Of a stretch of DNA of 64,000 bases, positions 35,626 through 45,471 are shown in pieces (positions within the stretch are counted from its first letter, which is position 1; every line of letters starts with the position of its first letter). Position numbers and translations under genes: made by a program. The stretch is taken from NCBI GenBank assembly GCA_965262485.1, contig OZ253540.1:2452711-2516710 (forward strand), given 5' to 3'. Below the pieces are notes generated by a model. The model saw nothing but the letters and a program-made list of their open reading frames with translations, had not been told where the DNA came from and did no database searches. The stretch is from Dehalococcoidia bacterium. Its GTDB lineage: Bacteria > Chloroflexota > Dehalococcoidia > Lucifugimonadales > UBA3495.

Positions 35626-36807
35626 CTAATCGTCCACTTCCGCGCCAGCGCCGGATGGCGCCGCGGGGTCATTGTCGCCGGGGGGTTCAGGCGAATTGGC
35701 CGGTATCGTAGTGGCCGGTATCGCATTGGCTGGGATCGTAGTGAGTCCGCGCAGGGACACGTGGTTAATCCACAGCAAAGCCAGGCCCACCAGGTTTACC
35801 GGCAGCCACAATGCCACCAGATGCACCGCCACCGAGTAGGATGCTGCCGTGGCGTGCGCGACGGCCAGGCCGGTGAGCGTTTGCTGAGCCACCACCTCGA
35901 AGGGGCCGATGCCACCGATGGACGTGGGGATTGCCGTTACCAGGTTGGAGGTAACGGTGACCAGCACTATTGCCAAACCGAAGAGCCAAAACGTGTCGAA
36001 ATACTCGTGCAGGTTGAACGAATAGGCCACCACGATGTAAACGCCGGCTTCGGCCAGCCACACGGGCAACGAGGCCAGAAACAGCGTTACGTGCTTGCGC
36101 GGGGAATTGAGCGTGGCCAGTCCTTCGACGAACCGAAGGATAATGTCGGTTGCCGTGGCACGGAACCGCAGCGGGAGCAGGCCGGTTAGCAGGACAGCCC
36201 AACCAACCGCCCGTTTGCTTACCGATAGCGTCGTGAGCACGACCAGGGCGAAGGCGAAGGTGAACACCACTCCGGCGGCCAGCACAAAAGCCGTGGTTTG
36301 GTAGGCGATGCTGGCGCCGTCGAAAAGACCCGCTGCCAGCAGGATGGGGGCCGATATGGTTCCCATAGCGAGCAGGGTCAGTCCGTCGTAGAGGCGCTCC
36401 ACGCTGATGGTGGCGATGGATGATGGAACGCCAACTTTCTCTTCCCGCTGAGCCAGGTACACGGCTCGCACCAGTTCGCCGAGCCGCGCGGGGAGGATGT
36501 TATTGGCCATGTAACCGATGACTACCACCGGGAACAATCGCCGGACCGGAATGTTGGCAACCGGAGACAGCAGAAACTTCCAGCGGGCGGAACGGAAGTA
36601 AACCGACAGGAAATACAGCGCGATGGCGGGCGCGAGGAACCGATAATCGGCGGAGCGCAAGGCGTGCCACAGTTCCTGCCTGTCCACCAGCAGGACGAGC
36701 AGCGCCAGCGTAACGACGCTGACCAGCACTCCCGCCCAAAATCGCCAGTTACCCAGCAGAAAGGTCATGTTTTGCGGCCTGCAATCATACAACGACCGGG
36801 TCGACAA
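35626..36807 (-). CDS. Flippase-like (UPF0104 / LPG-synthase TM-domain) membrane protein
   Basis: About 8 TM segments. The pattern ...L...L......W..L...........R...L is typical of the TIGR00374-type family. An alternative ATG start lies at 36768. Confidence 0.65.
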   Translation of the reverse strand: MSTRSLYDCRPQNMTFLLGNWRFWAGVLVSVVTLALLVLLVDRQELWHALRSADYRFLAPAIALYFLSVYFRSARWKFLLSPVANIPVRRLFPVVVIGYMANNILPARLGELVRAVYLAQREEKVGVPSSIATISVERLYDGLTLLAMGTISAPILLAAGLFDGASIAYQTTAFVLAAGVVFTFAFALVVLTTLSVSKRAVGWAVLLTGLLPLRFRATATDIILRFVEGLATLNSPRKHVTLFLASLPVWLAEAGVYIVVAYSFNLHEYFDTFWLFGLAIVLVTVTSNLVTAIPTSIGGIGPFEVVAQQTLTGLAVAHATAASYSVAVHLVALWLPVNLVGLALLWINHVSLRGLTTIPANAIPATTIPANSPEPPGDNDPAAPSGAGAEVDD

Positions 36808-36967
36808 GCCCGGTCGAGGTGGTGGGTGAACGGCGCGGGTGCCCTAATCACGGACGGAATTGGCCGGGGTTGCGGATAACGGTGCGACAACCGGCCGGTA
36901 ATTGCCGGCGGTAAGCGCTGTAGCGCCCAGACTCGACTTGAAAGCGGGGTGGCGGGAGCGACGCGGT

Positions 36968-39598
36968 TTATTCATTTCGGGTGTACTGGAAGTATTCGGC
37001 GTTGTACCAGTCGCTGTCCTGACGTCGTGCGACCACGAAAGTAATGGCTTCGCGCCATTTGGAAGGATCGACGGCAGAATTCCGGAAGAACCCGACATCG
37101 GCGGACAATTGCGCCCAGAAGTTAGTTTCCTGACGATTTTCACCGGGTCGGCGGTAGGTTTCAGGATACCATAGCAGATTGCGCATCGGGCCGTCTTTGC
37201 GATACACCGCCGGGGTTTCTTCGGTTACTTCGTGCCCCGCCTCGGCCAGGTACACCAACGGCCCGGTATCTTCGCCCACCTTGCGGCAATCCTCGGTTTC
37301 GTCCTCGCTGTCCTCGGCGCAGAACCGGGCGAACTGAAGGATGGCGGCTTGCGTCTCGTTGCGGACGTACCACTGGAACGGGTACCACATGTCATAGTCC
37401 ACTTTCACGCTGCCGGTGGAGTTGCCGGCAGCCAAAGCCTGCGGTTGCAGCTCGCGGTACGTGGTCGGCAAGTCCGCCGAGCCCTGGGCGTACACCAGTA
37501 TCTCCAGGTTGGAATCATCGTAGGTGTAGGCGACCCGAAAAGCGGCAACTGTGCCGAAAAGCAGCAACAGCCCAGCGATGCCCACGGCGGCGGCGCCGGC
37601 GCAATGAGGTCGTCGCCGCATCAAAAATGCAATCAGAACCGCCAGGGGCAGCAGGATCGCAGCCGCCAACCAGGCCGCTATGTTGATACCCACGTCGCCG
37701 GCGGCCAGCCAGCCCACCCACACGGCGAGCACAATCCACGCCGGCGACAGAATCAGCAACCAGATATTGCGACGACCCGGATTCGACCACGGTATCCCCT
37801 GGGCAAGATGCCCCACCAACGCGCCGGCCGACAGCGCCAACGGCAAAGTGATGTTCACCAGCAGCCAGGGCATCTTCTCGCCGGCGGTGGTGTAGGCGGC
37901 GAGAGTCGCAACCGTCCAGGCGGCCAGAACCAACCCGAAAGGCTCCCGCCGCCGGATGAGCCATACAACTGCTGCCAGCCCGAATACCAGAGCCAACATT
38001 TCGTAAACGCTCAGTCCTAGCGCGTAGTAATACCAGGGCTGGTTGCCGCGGGCTTCTTCCTGCTGCGCCAGCCAATATCCCAGGCTTTGCCACGATCCGG
38101 TGAATAACCCGGTGGCGTTGGAAAAAAATGTGGTGAACAGGGTTGTCCAAACCAGGTAAAAAATGCCGGCGCCGGCGAGCCAGACGCCGCCGCCCCAGGC
38201 AACGCCCACGCCCAGGCTGATGACCAGTAATATCAACAAGACCAGCACGGGAACCAGGTAGTGCAACGCGACCCGACCCTCGGCGAGGTCGGCAGTCGCC
38301 GCCACTTCCGGGAAGGGATTGCCCAGGATTGCCAGATCAGGCAACTGGGTAACCATCCACGCGCTGCCAATGACCAGCGGCGCTCCGACTACGAGAGCAG
38401 CGCGTCGCCAGGAACCGCTGCCGTAGCGGCCGGCCACCGCGGCAGCAACCAGAACGACGGCAACGACGGTTCCGACGGCGCCCGCGCTGGCGATCTGGGA
38501 GCCGTTTTCGGCTGGCGGCAGTCCCAACCAGGCCAGCGTCAACGGCTGCATGAAAACCGCCAACGTGGCAGCAATGCTTCCGACCACCGCCAGGGCAACC
38601 AGGGCGAGATTGATGACGCTGCGGAGTCGCCAGGACCAGAGGGCCAGGACCAGCGCCGCCACGATCAGGACCACTGCCGCCGTTGGGTTCAACCATGAGG
38701 GCGCTGCCCAAAGCGGCAAGGAAACAAACGGTTCTGCCCAGATGGGCGCGCCGGTTTCTCCCGTGGAACCGGTGTCGGGGGCCGCCATCGTCAGCCCCAA
38801 CGGAGTTTGCAACAGGGAGATCACTGCAGCGGCCTGTGGCAGCGTGAGCGCAGCCAAAAACACAAAGAAACCGGCGGCTCCGTTCAGTGCGCTGAAGCTT
38901 TGCTGTCGTCTGAACAGGAGCGCGATCTGCCGCCATCCCAAAACCAGCGCAGCGACACCGACGAAGAAAATGACGAAGTATGCCGTCTCCTTGGTTGCGA
39001 GCATCAGGGCGACCACCAGGGCAGACCCGTACAGGTAGCGGTTGCGGCTGGTTTCCGTGTATCGCCACATCAATATCAGCAGCAGCAGCGCCCAAACCGC
39101 CATCAATATGTCGTTGCGTCCGAACCGGCTGAAATACAACATGGTGGGCGACAGCGTGAGGAAAATTGCGGCGCAGACGGCTCCGAGTTCGCCGATGTTT
39201 CTCCGCAGCAAGTAGGGCAGCGCCACCAGAACAACGCCGAATGCAGCGTAAGGAAGACGCGCCAGGAAATCGGTGTCCCCGATCCACCTGATGATCACCG
39301 CCACCATCTCGATCTGCAACGGCCCGTGCATCCAGGGGGAATGTATAAAGGGGATGCCCTGGGCCAATTTCCACGCGAAATGCAGATGGATGGCCTCGTC
39401 GTAGTGCATGGGGCGGCCGTTGAGTTCCCAAAGGCGCAGCGCCGCCGCAACAATGGCGATGATCAGGAACGCCCACTCTATCCGGCCAATGCGGGGGCGG
39501 CCAATTCTGGGACGGCGCAGCGTGGGGCCGAACCATGTGGTCGGTGGCCCAATTCTCGGTGGCCCAATTCGGAGAAGTCTGGCGACTCGGTGCAGCAT
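36968..39598 (-). CDS. Large GT-C-fold (ArnT/PMT-like, TIGR03663-type) integral membrane glycosyltransferase-like protein
   Basis: 876 aa, more than 15 TM segments. The N-terminal region ...RLW.L..RP.H.DE..H........G....H.P..HGP is typical of this family. Confidence 0.7.
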   Translation of the reverse strand: MLHRVARLLRIGPPRIGPPTTWFGPTLRRPRIGRPRIGRIEWAFLIIAIVAAALRLWELNGRPMHYDEAIHLHFAWKLAQGIPFIHSPWMHGPLQIEMVAVIIRWIGDTDFLARLPYAAFGVVLVALPYLLRRNIGELGAVCAAIFLTLSPTMLYFSRFGRNDILMAVWALLLLILMWRYTETSRNRYLYGSALVVALMLATKETAYFVIFFVGVAALVLGWRQIALLFRRQQSFSALNGAAGFFVFLAALTLPQAAAVISLLQTPLGLTMAAPDTGSTGETGAPIWAEPFVSLPLWAAPSWLNPTAAVVLIVAALVLALWSWRLRSVINLALVALAVVGSIAATLAVFMQPLTLAWLGLPPAENGSQIASAGAVGTVVAVVLVAAAVAGRYGSGSWRRAALVVGAPLVIGSAWMVTQLPDLAILGNPFPEVAATADLAEGRVALHYLVPVLVLLILLVISLGVGVAWGGGVWLAGAGIFYLVWTTLFTTFFSNATGLFTGSWQSLGYWLAQQEEARGNQPWYYYALGLSVYEMLALVFGLAAVVWLIRRREPFGLVLAAWTVATLAAYTTAGEKMPWLLVNITLPLALSAGALVGHLAQGIPWSNPGRRNIWLLILSPAWIVLAVWVGWLAAGDVGINIAAWLAAAILLPLAVLIAFLMRRRPHCAGAAAVGIAGLLLLFGTVAAFRVAYTYDDSNLEILVYAQGSADLPTTYRELQPQALAAGNSTGSVKVDYDMWYPFQWYVRNETQAAILQFARFCAEDSEDETEDCRKVGEDTGPLVYLAEAGHEVTEETPAVYRKDGPMRNLLWYPETYRRPGENRQETNFWAQLSADVGFFRNSAVDPSKWREAITFVVARRQDSDWYNAEYFQYTRNE

Positions 39599-39872
39599 CT
39601 AAACAGGTTAACGCTGGAAATCAGATTTCGGATTACCCGGTGGCGGAACAATCTACCACGGATACCGCTTAGGATGCCGGCAATTAGGATAACGGTAACA
39701 GTTCAGAGTTGTGGCGCCATCGCAACTCCGAACCCGTCGTACCGGCGAAAGCCGGTATCCAGGAACCTTTGCCCCGTTCACGTTGACCAATGCGTTGCCT
39801 TTCTGGATTCCTGCTTCCGCAGGAATGACGGTATTTGTCAGCACACCCTAACAGCTCATGCGTACCCACTTT

Positions 39873-39979
39873 GTCATTGCGAGCGTAGCGTGGCAATCTC
39901 GTCGCCGTAGCAACGGCGGTTCGTCGCGGTGTGTTCAGCCTCATCGAGATTGCCACGTCGCTACGCTCCTCGCAATGAC
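39873..39979. repeat. C-type palindromic repeat, complete copy
   Basis: GTCATTGCGAGCGTAGCGTGGCAATCTCG...CGAGATTGCCACGTCGCTACGCTCCTCGCAATGAC. Confidence 0.8.
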
Positions 39980-40028
39980 AGGTGGGAGGGCCTGGAGTTT
40001 CGCAATTTTCTCAACAGGATGCAGCCGG

Positions 40029-40580
40029 TTATTTGACCGTTGGATCGTCGCCCAGGCTGCGAGCCAGGTTTCGCCGGCTGGCATCGGTGGATGGATGTTC
40101 GGCGCCCAATACTCTTTGCCGGTATTCCAGGTTGCGATGATGCAAGGCGGCGGCTTCGATGAACCGGCCGGCGGAGTGCAGGGCGTTGCCCAAACTTCCC
40201 TGGCTGCGCAGAGTATCGGGGTGGTTTTCGCCGAGAACGGCTCGCCTGGCCTTCAGGAGCTCCGCGAATAATTCGATGGCGCGGTTAGTGTCGCCGGCGG
40301 CGAAGTGGCAATTGGCGAGGCTGCTGCGGTAACGGAGTGTTTGCACGTCATTCGGGCCGTGAACCTGGATGCTGGCGTTTACCGCGGATTCAAACCCGCG
40401 CAACGCCTCGTCGAACTTGCGGGCCGCCCGGAAAGCGTGGGCCAATCGATGCTGCGCCCGAACCGTCTCCGGATGCAGATCGCCGTGAGCGGACCGGGCC
40501 TGCTTCAGCTCGGCGTCGCGTCGCATGATGAAATCCTCGGGGCGACGGCTCTCAGGCGGCGGTGGCTGCTGGAACTTCAT
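40029..40580 (-). CDS. Tetratricopeptide-repeat protein
   Basis: 183 aa of KLC-type TPRs (...HPDTL.S...LA..Y...G....A). Confidence 0.8.
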   Translation of the reverse strand: MKFQQPPPPESRRPEDFIMRRDAELKQARSAHGDLHPETVRAQHRLAHAFRAARKFDEALRGFESAVNASIQVHGPNDVQTLRYRSSLANCHFAAGDTNRAIELFAELLKARRAVLGENHPDTLRSQGSLGNALHSAGRFIEAAALHHRNLEYRQRVLGAEHPSTDASRRNLARSLGDDPTVK

Positions 40581-40586
40581 GGCGAC

Positions 40587-42611
40587 CTACGGAGATGTTG
40601 TCCGCACCGAACCCATAACCGATACATCGTAGCCTCCCATGTCGTGTACCGCCGCATGAAACCCCGGGTCGTTCAGCAAGGCCAGCAGCGGCTGCAACTG
40701 TGGGCTCCGGTGATGCTCCACCGGCACGATCAGGTCGTATTCTTCGTCGAAGAGCGGAACGAAATCCAACTCCAGAGCGCGAGCCGCCGACAATATTCCC
40801 AAGCCGACATTCGCTGATCCACCGGACACCGCCGCGGCCACTGCCAGGTGGCTATATTCTTCGCGCTCGTAGCCAGTCACTGTCGACGGCGGGATGGCGT
40901 AGTTGCCAAGGTGGTAGTCCAGCAGAACCCGGGTGCCCGAGCCACGCTGCCGGTTGACGAATCGAACCTCGGGTTTTATCAGGTCTGCCAGGGAGTGGAG
41001 GCCAACGGGGTTTCCCGGCGCAACCATCAAGCCCTGGGTTCGCCCTACCAGACGGATGATTACCACCGGCGTGTTTGGCAGATAGCGGAGAACGTAGGCA
41101 ATGTTGTACTCCCCGCTGTCGGCATCAAGCAAGTGGCAGCCTGCGAGGTGAGCCTCGCCCCGACGCAGGGCTGCCAACCCGCCCAGACTGCCAACGTGCG
41201 CCGATGCCAGGTTTACAGCCGGCCGCTGACGGCGCAGGAAACTTTGCATCAGGTCCAGCGTGAGGTCATGGCTGCCGATGGCGACGATAGTGTTTTCCAC
41301 CTCGGCGGCGGGGCGCAACAGCTCAACGTCCACAGCGGCTCCGGCGTCCAGCCCCTCTGACAGACGGGGAATGCGCACGATGCCATCGGCGCGCACCAGG
41401 GACATAACGACGCCGGCTCCGCGCTGCACCGGGGTCGCGGTCATTTTGTCGCCCACGCGTCCCAGCTTCACTCGGAGGAATTCGTCCTCGCCGATGGGCG
41501 AAAGAACCTTGCGGGTGATATTCGCCGTCATGCGGGGGCGATCCGGAATCTGGACACCCAGCATCCGCTCCAAAACGGGTTTCAACAGCAGCTCCGCCGT
41601 CAGCGCCGCCGATACCGGGTAACCGGGCAATCCCAGGATGGCCTTGCCGCGGGCCACTCCCAGCGCCACCGGATGGCCGGGCCTGATGGCGATTCCGTGG
41701 ACTTCCAGAGTACCCAGGGCTTCGATGACAGATGCGGTGTAATCGGCGTCGCCCGCCGATGATCCGGCGTTGATCACCACCACATCACTGGTGGTCAGGG
41801 CGGACAGAGCCGCCATTCGAATAGCCTCGGCATCGTCTGCGATGGGCGTCGAAACCCGAGGCTCACCTCCCCACTGGCGTACCAACCCGGCCAGGATCAG
41901 CGAATTGAATTCGGGGATGTCGCCCGGTTTGCGATGGGCCTGAATCGACACCAGTTCGTTGCCAGTCGGGATGATGGCAACCGTGGGCTTACGGCGTACC
42001 GGAATGGAAATCAGCCCGGCAGCGGCGCAGGCCCCCAGATCGACGGGGCTAACGGCGTGGTTCTCGGGAAGCACCAGTTCAGTAGCCACGATGTCCTCGC
42101 CAAGAGTCCGGACGTGCTGCCAGGGGGCCACGGGTTCGAGGATGCGGACGGTGGTTGTATCCAAGGCATCCCGCTGTACGTTTTCAATCATCACCACCGC
42201 GTCGGAAGCGGGAGGCAAGGGGTCGCCGGTGTCCACCCAAATGGCCTGCGTCCCCACCGATAAGGAGACTGGTGCAGTTTCAGTTGCGCCGATGGTATCG
42301 GAAGCCAGCACGGCGATCCCGTCCATCGCGGCGGCATCGTAGTGAGGGGATGATGCGATGGCCCAAACCGGCCCAGCCGTAATCCTGCCGACGATATGCG
42401 GATCGTCCAGCGCAACCGGCTCAGCGCCGGTTGGATTCAGCGCCCCGGCGTTTTCCAGCGCGCCGAACCACCGGGTCAACGCCTCTTCCAGCGGTATGTC
42501 CTGCAGGAAGTAACGCCGGTGGCGTGCGTGCGAGTGTGCGTCGTTAGAGGCCATGTTCATCGTTGGCGTTTCGTCCCGGCTGACCGGTTCGGGATTCTCT
42601 GGATGGCGCAA
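40587..42611 (-). CDS. moeA: MoeA-type molybdopterin molybdenumtransferase fused to a C-terminal PBP-like (substrate-binding) domain
   Basis: The MoeA N/central domains (...SP.YD.AAMDG.AV...) are followed by ..H.GS..GL.AL..G.A..AG.HL... as in PBP-like domains of ModE-type proteins. Confidence 0.8.
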   Translation of the reverse strand: MRHPENPEPVSRDETPTMNMASNDAHSHARHRRYFLQDIPLEEALTRWFGALENAGALNPTGAEPVALDDPHIVGRITAGPVWAIASSPHYDAAAMDGIAVLASDTIGATETAPVSLSVGTQAIWVDTGDPLPPASDAVVMIENVQRDALDTTTVRILEPVAPWQHVRTLGEDIVATELVLPENHAVSPVDLGACAAAGLISIPVRRKPTVAIIPTGNELVSIQAHRKPGDIPEFNSLILAGLVRQWGGEPRVSTPIADDAEAIRMAALSALTTSDVVVINAGSSAGDADYTASVIEALGTLEVHGIAIRPGHPVALGVARGKAILGLPGYPVSAALTAELLLKPVLERMLGVQIPDRPRMTANITRKVLSPIGEDEFLRVKLGRVGDKMTATPVQRGAGVVMSLVRADGIVRIPRLSEGLDAGAAVDVELLRPAAEVENTIVAIGSHDLTLDLMQSFLRRQRPAVNLASAHVGSLGGLAALRRGEAHLAGCHLLDADSGEYNIAYVLRYLPNTPVVIIRLVGRTQGLMVAPGNPVGLHSLADLIKPEVRFVNRQRGSGTRVLLDYHLGNYAIPPSTVTGYEREEYSHLAVAAAVSGGSANVGLGILSAARALELDFVPLFDEEYDLIVPVEHHRSPQLQPLLALLNDPGFHAAVHDMGGYDVSVMGSVRTTSP

Positions 42612-42625
42612 TGGGTGTTCGGATC

Positions 42626-43885
42626 CTACCCGAACCGCCGCACCCGCACCGGCTCACCGGCGTAGATTCCGGCATGATTGGGCGGAACCCGCAACAACCC
42701 GTCGGCGCGTACCAGCGTGAATATCAACCCGCTCTTTCCCCATACCGGGTGGGCAACAGGCAAGCTATCCGGGGATTGATCGTCGCCGGAAGTATCCAGG
42801 CGCACGGGCACGAAGTCCTCTCTGCCGGCCGCCGAGGGGACGTCCTGCGCCAGTATGGCCGTGGTCTCGGCGGGAGCCGGCGGAACCGAACATCCCGCCA
42901 GCCGGAAGACTGCCGGGCGAACCAATAAATCGCAAACGACCATTGCGGACACCGGGTTGCCCGGCAATCCGAATATGGGTTTGCCGTCGCACAACCCGAC
43001 GATGGCGGGTTTTCCAGGGCGCAGGGAAAGGCCGTGAACCAGAACGCCGGGTTCGCCCAGGGCCGCCACGATGTCCACCGTGCGGTCGCGCAGACTCACC
43101 GAGCTGCCGGCCGACAGCACCAGCATATCGGCTTGCTGCAACCCGCGGCGCGAGGCGTCCAGTTGGGTTTCATAGTCATCGCCGACCAGACCCAACAGCA
43201 CGGGTATGCCTCCGGCGTGGGCGACTTGCGATGCGACCGTGTACGAATTCACGTCGCGCACCTGACCGGGGCCGGGCGATTGATGGGGAGGCACAATTTC
43301 ATCACCCATCGAGAGGATGGCAACGCGGGGCCGCCTGGCGACTCCGATTTCGGTAATCCCCAGGGCAGTGAGGGCGCCAATGTCCTGGGCCCGCACTACG
43401 TGGCCGGCCGGCAACACCACATCGCCGACGGATACATCCTCTCCGGGCTGCACGACGTTCTCGCCGGGTGCGACCGAACGGACCACCTCGATGGTAACGT
43501 CGTCGATTTGCTGCGTTCGTTCTACCATGACCACCGCGTCGGCGTTGCCGGCCAGCATCCCCCCGGTGTAGGCGACTGCTGCCTCGCCAATTGCCAGCGA
43601 AACGCCGGATTCGCGCCCCATCGGCACCTCGCCGACGAGGTTGAACCAGGCCGGCAGTCCGTCCGTTGCGCCGTAGGTGTCGGACGCACGAACGCTGTAA
43701 CCGTCCATGGACGAGCGGGCAAAAGCCGGCAGGGACTCTCCGGCAGTGATGACTTCTGCCGTAACACGACCCAGTGCATCCACAGAGGCAACGGTTTCCC
43801 GGCCGACCAACGGGCCTTCGGGCAGCCGGTCGATCAGCAAAGCCAACGCTTCGGCGGGCGGCAAAACATTGAAAAACTCGGGCAT
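42626..43885 (-). CDS. moeA: MoeA-type molybdopterin molybdenumtransferase (second paralog)
   Basis: ...LP.F.RSSMDGY(S/A)VR..D...... and LPGNPVSA motifs. The start is set at the ATG at 43885 (MPEFFNVLPP). Confidence 0.85.
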   Translation of the reverse strand: MPEFFNVLPPAEALALLIDRLPEGPLVGRETVASVDALGRVTAEVITAGESLPAFARSSMDGYSVRASDTYGATDGLPAWFNLVGEVPMGRESGVSLAIGEAAVAYTGGMLAGNADAVVMVERTQQIDDVTIEVVRSVAPGENVVQPGEDVSVGDVVLPAGHVVRAQDIGALTALGITEIGVARRPRVAILSMGDEIVPPHQSPGPGQVRDVNSYTVASQVAHAGGIPVLLGLVGDDYETQLDASRRGLQQADMLVLSAGSSVSLRDRTVDIVAALGEPGVLVHGLSLRPGKPAIVGLCDGKPIFGLPGNPVSAMVVCDLLVRPAVFRLAGCSVPPAPAETTAILAQDVPSAAGREDFVPVRLDTSGDDQSPDSLPVAHPVWGKSGLIFTLVRADGLLRVPPNHAGIYAGEPVRVRRFG

Positions 43886-44166
43886 GGTAACTGCGATGCT
43901 AGCGGTCAACAGCCCCAGTGTCAAAACCTGGCATGGCTGCCGAACTGCAATTCGGACCCGGTGGCGGCGGGATTGCCGCGCCGGGCTCGCGATGATATGG
44001 CCGGCGGTCCCGTACCGTTGGCGGAGGCGCAGGGTAGGACACATCCCGTTTGCCGCCCGACGGCGCGGCCTGCTACAATCCCGGCGGGCGCGACCCGTCA
44101 CTGCTCCAGGGCTGGTAATTGTCCGGCGGGCTGGCGTCATGACAACTTGGCAAGGAGTTGGCCGAC

Positions 44167-45078
44167 ATGAGCTGGCGTTTCAACCTAATCAACCGGTTTG
44201 AAGACCCACCAGGAGGCATTACCGAAGGTCCCGCGTGGAATGGCGAGCAAGTATTATTCACCCATATCCATGCCAGCCGAATCTACGGGTATAACCCCAG
44301 GTCCGGCGAGTTTTCAGTCTTCCGCGAAAATACCAACCGTACCAACGGCCTGGCCTTCGACGCGCAGGGAAGGCTGTACGGCTGTTGTCAGAATGGGCGG
44401 GCGATTGTGCGTTTCGACGCGGACGGCGGCACGACCACCGTTGCGGACAACCTGGACGGCGTACCACTGAACACGCCGAACGACCTGGCCATCGACGCGA
44501 AGGGCCGCATCTGGTTCACGAATCCGTGGAATGCCGGCAACATTGACCCGCACGAAGCGGAACAGCTGGACCACCGTTCCGTGTTGTGCGCCGTACCGCA
44601 GGCGGACGGTTCCTACCGGACGGTTCGTTCCACGACCGATACAACCATGCCGAACGGTATCCTGGTGTCCCCGGACGGAAACACGCTGTATGTGGCGGAG
44701 AGCAACAGCGACCGAATGGACATCGACCGGGAGCTGCGGGCCTACCCGATCACCGGGGACGGCACGGTTGGCGCTTACACCACCCTGCATACGTTTGGTC
44801 GAGACGCCAGCCAGGTACACCGGGGCATTGACGGCATGTGTCTGGACGCTGAGGGGAACATCATTGCGACGGCAGGCTGGCCTTCGGGCGGGCCTGGGCC
44901 GATGCTCTACGTCTTTTCTCCCACCGGACGGGTGCTGGAGACCCACCCGGTGGCCGCCACCCGACCCACCAACGTATGTTTCGGCGGCCCGGATCTGACC
45001 GACGTGTTCGTAACCTCCACCGACGGCCACTTCTTCCACGCCAAAACCGAACGGGTCGGTTGGGCTATTTACCCGTAA
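44167..45078 (+). CDS. SMP-30/gluconolactonase/LRE-family protein
   Basis: ...EGP.W......LF.......I........NG.A.D..GRL..C...... and PN(D/G) motifs. AAGGAG lies 9 nt before the ATG at 44167. Confidence 0.85.
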   Translation: MSWRFNLINRFEDPPGGITEGPAWNGEQVLFTHIHASRIYGYNPRSGEFSVFRENTNRTNGLAFDAQGRLYGCCQNGRAIVRFDADGGTTTVADNLDGVPLNTPNDLAIDAKGRIWFTNPWNAGNIDPHEAEQLDHRSVLCAVPQADGSYRTVRSTTDTTMPNGILVSPDGNTLYVAESNSDRMDIDRELRAYPITGDGTVGAYTTLHTFGRDASQVHRGIDGMCLDAEGNIIATAGWPSGGPGPMLYVFSPTGRVLETHPVAATRPTNVCFGGPDLTDVFVTSTDGHFFHAKTERVGWAIYP

Positions 45079-45114
45079 CGGGACTTCGGTCCCGGGTACG
45101 ACAGGCGGTGTGAG

Positions 45115-45471
45115 ATGCAGCAACGACGGCTCAGCAACTATGGAATCGGGCGCGAACAGATCCGGCAGGGCGGAGGCCGCGGCAACGGCAACGATCATTT
45201 CGATGAGCTGGTGGGCAGTACCGAATTCTACGTGTATCAAACGCCGGGGCGTCGCGTAAAGGGCTTCGACGGCCTGAAACTGTATGTCCAGGCCGAGGGA
45301 TGCGAACTGCTGTACACCGCCGATGCGCCGCCGGAACTGTCTGACCACGAGACCCTCCGAATCACCCATCGCAGCGCCGAGCCGATACCCGATGCGGTAC
45401 TCAAGCGGACGCATTCGTGGGCACACCGCAACAACTTCCTGCACAGTTTTTTCAAACCCCTGTATCGTTAG
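45115..45471 (+). CDS. Hypothetical protein (118 aa)
   Basis: ATG-started ORF whose TAG stop overlaps the GTG start of the next gene (TAGTG). No recognisable domain. Confidence 0.45.
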   Translation: MQQRRLSNYGIGREQIRQGGGRGNGNDHFDELVGSTEFYVYQTPGRRVKGFDGLKLYVQAEGCELLYTADAPPELSDHETLRITHRSAEPIPDAVLKRTHSWAHRNNFLHSFFKPLYR

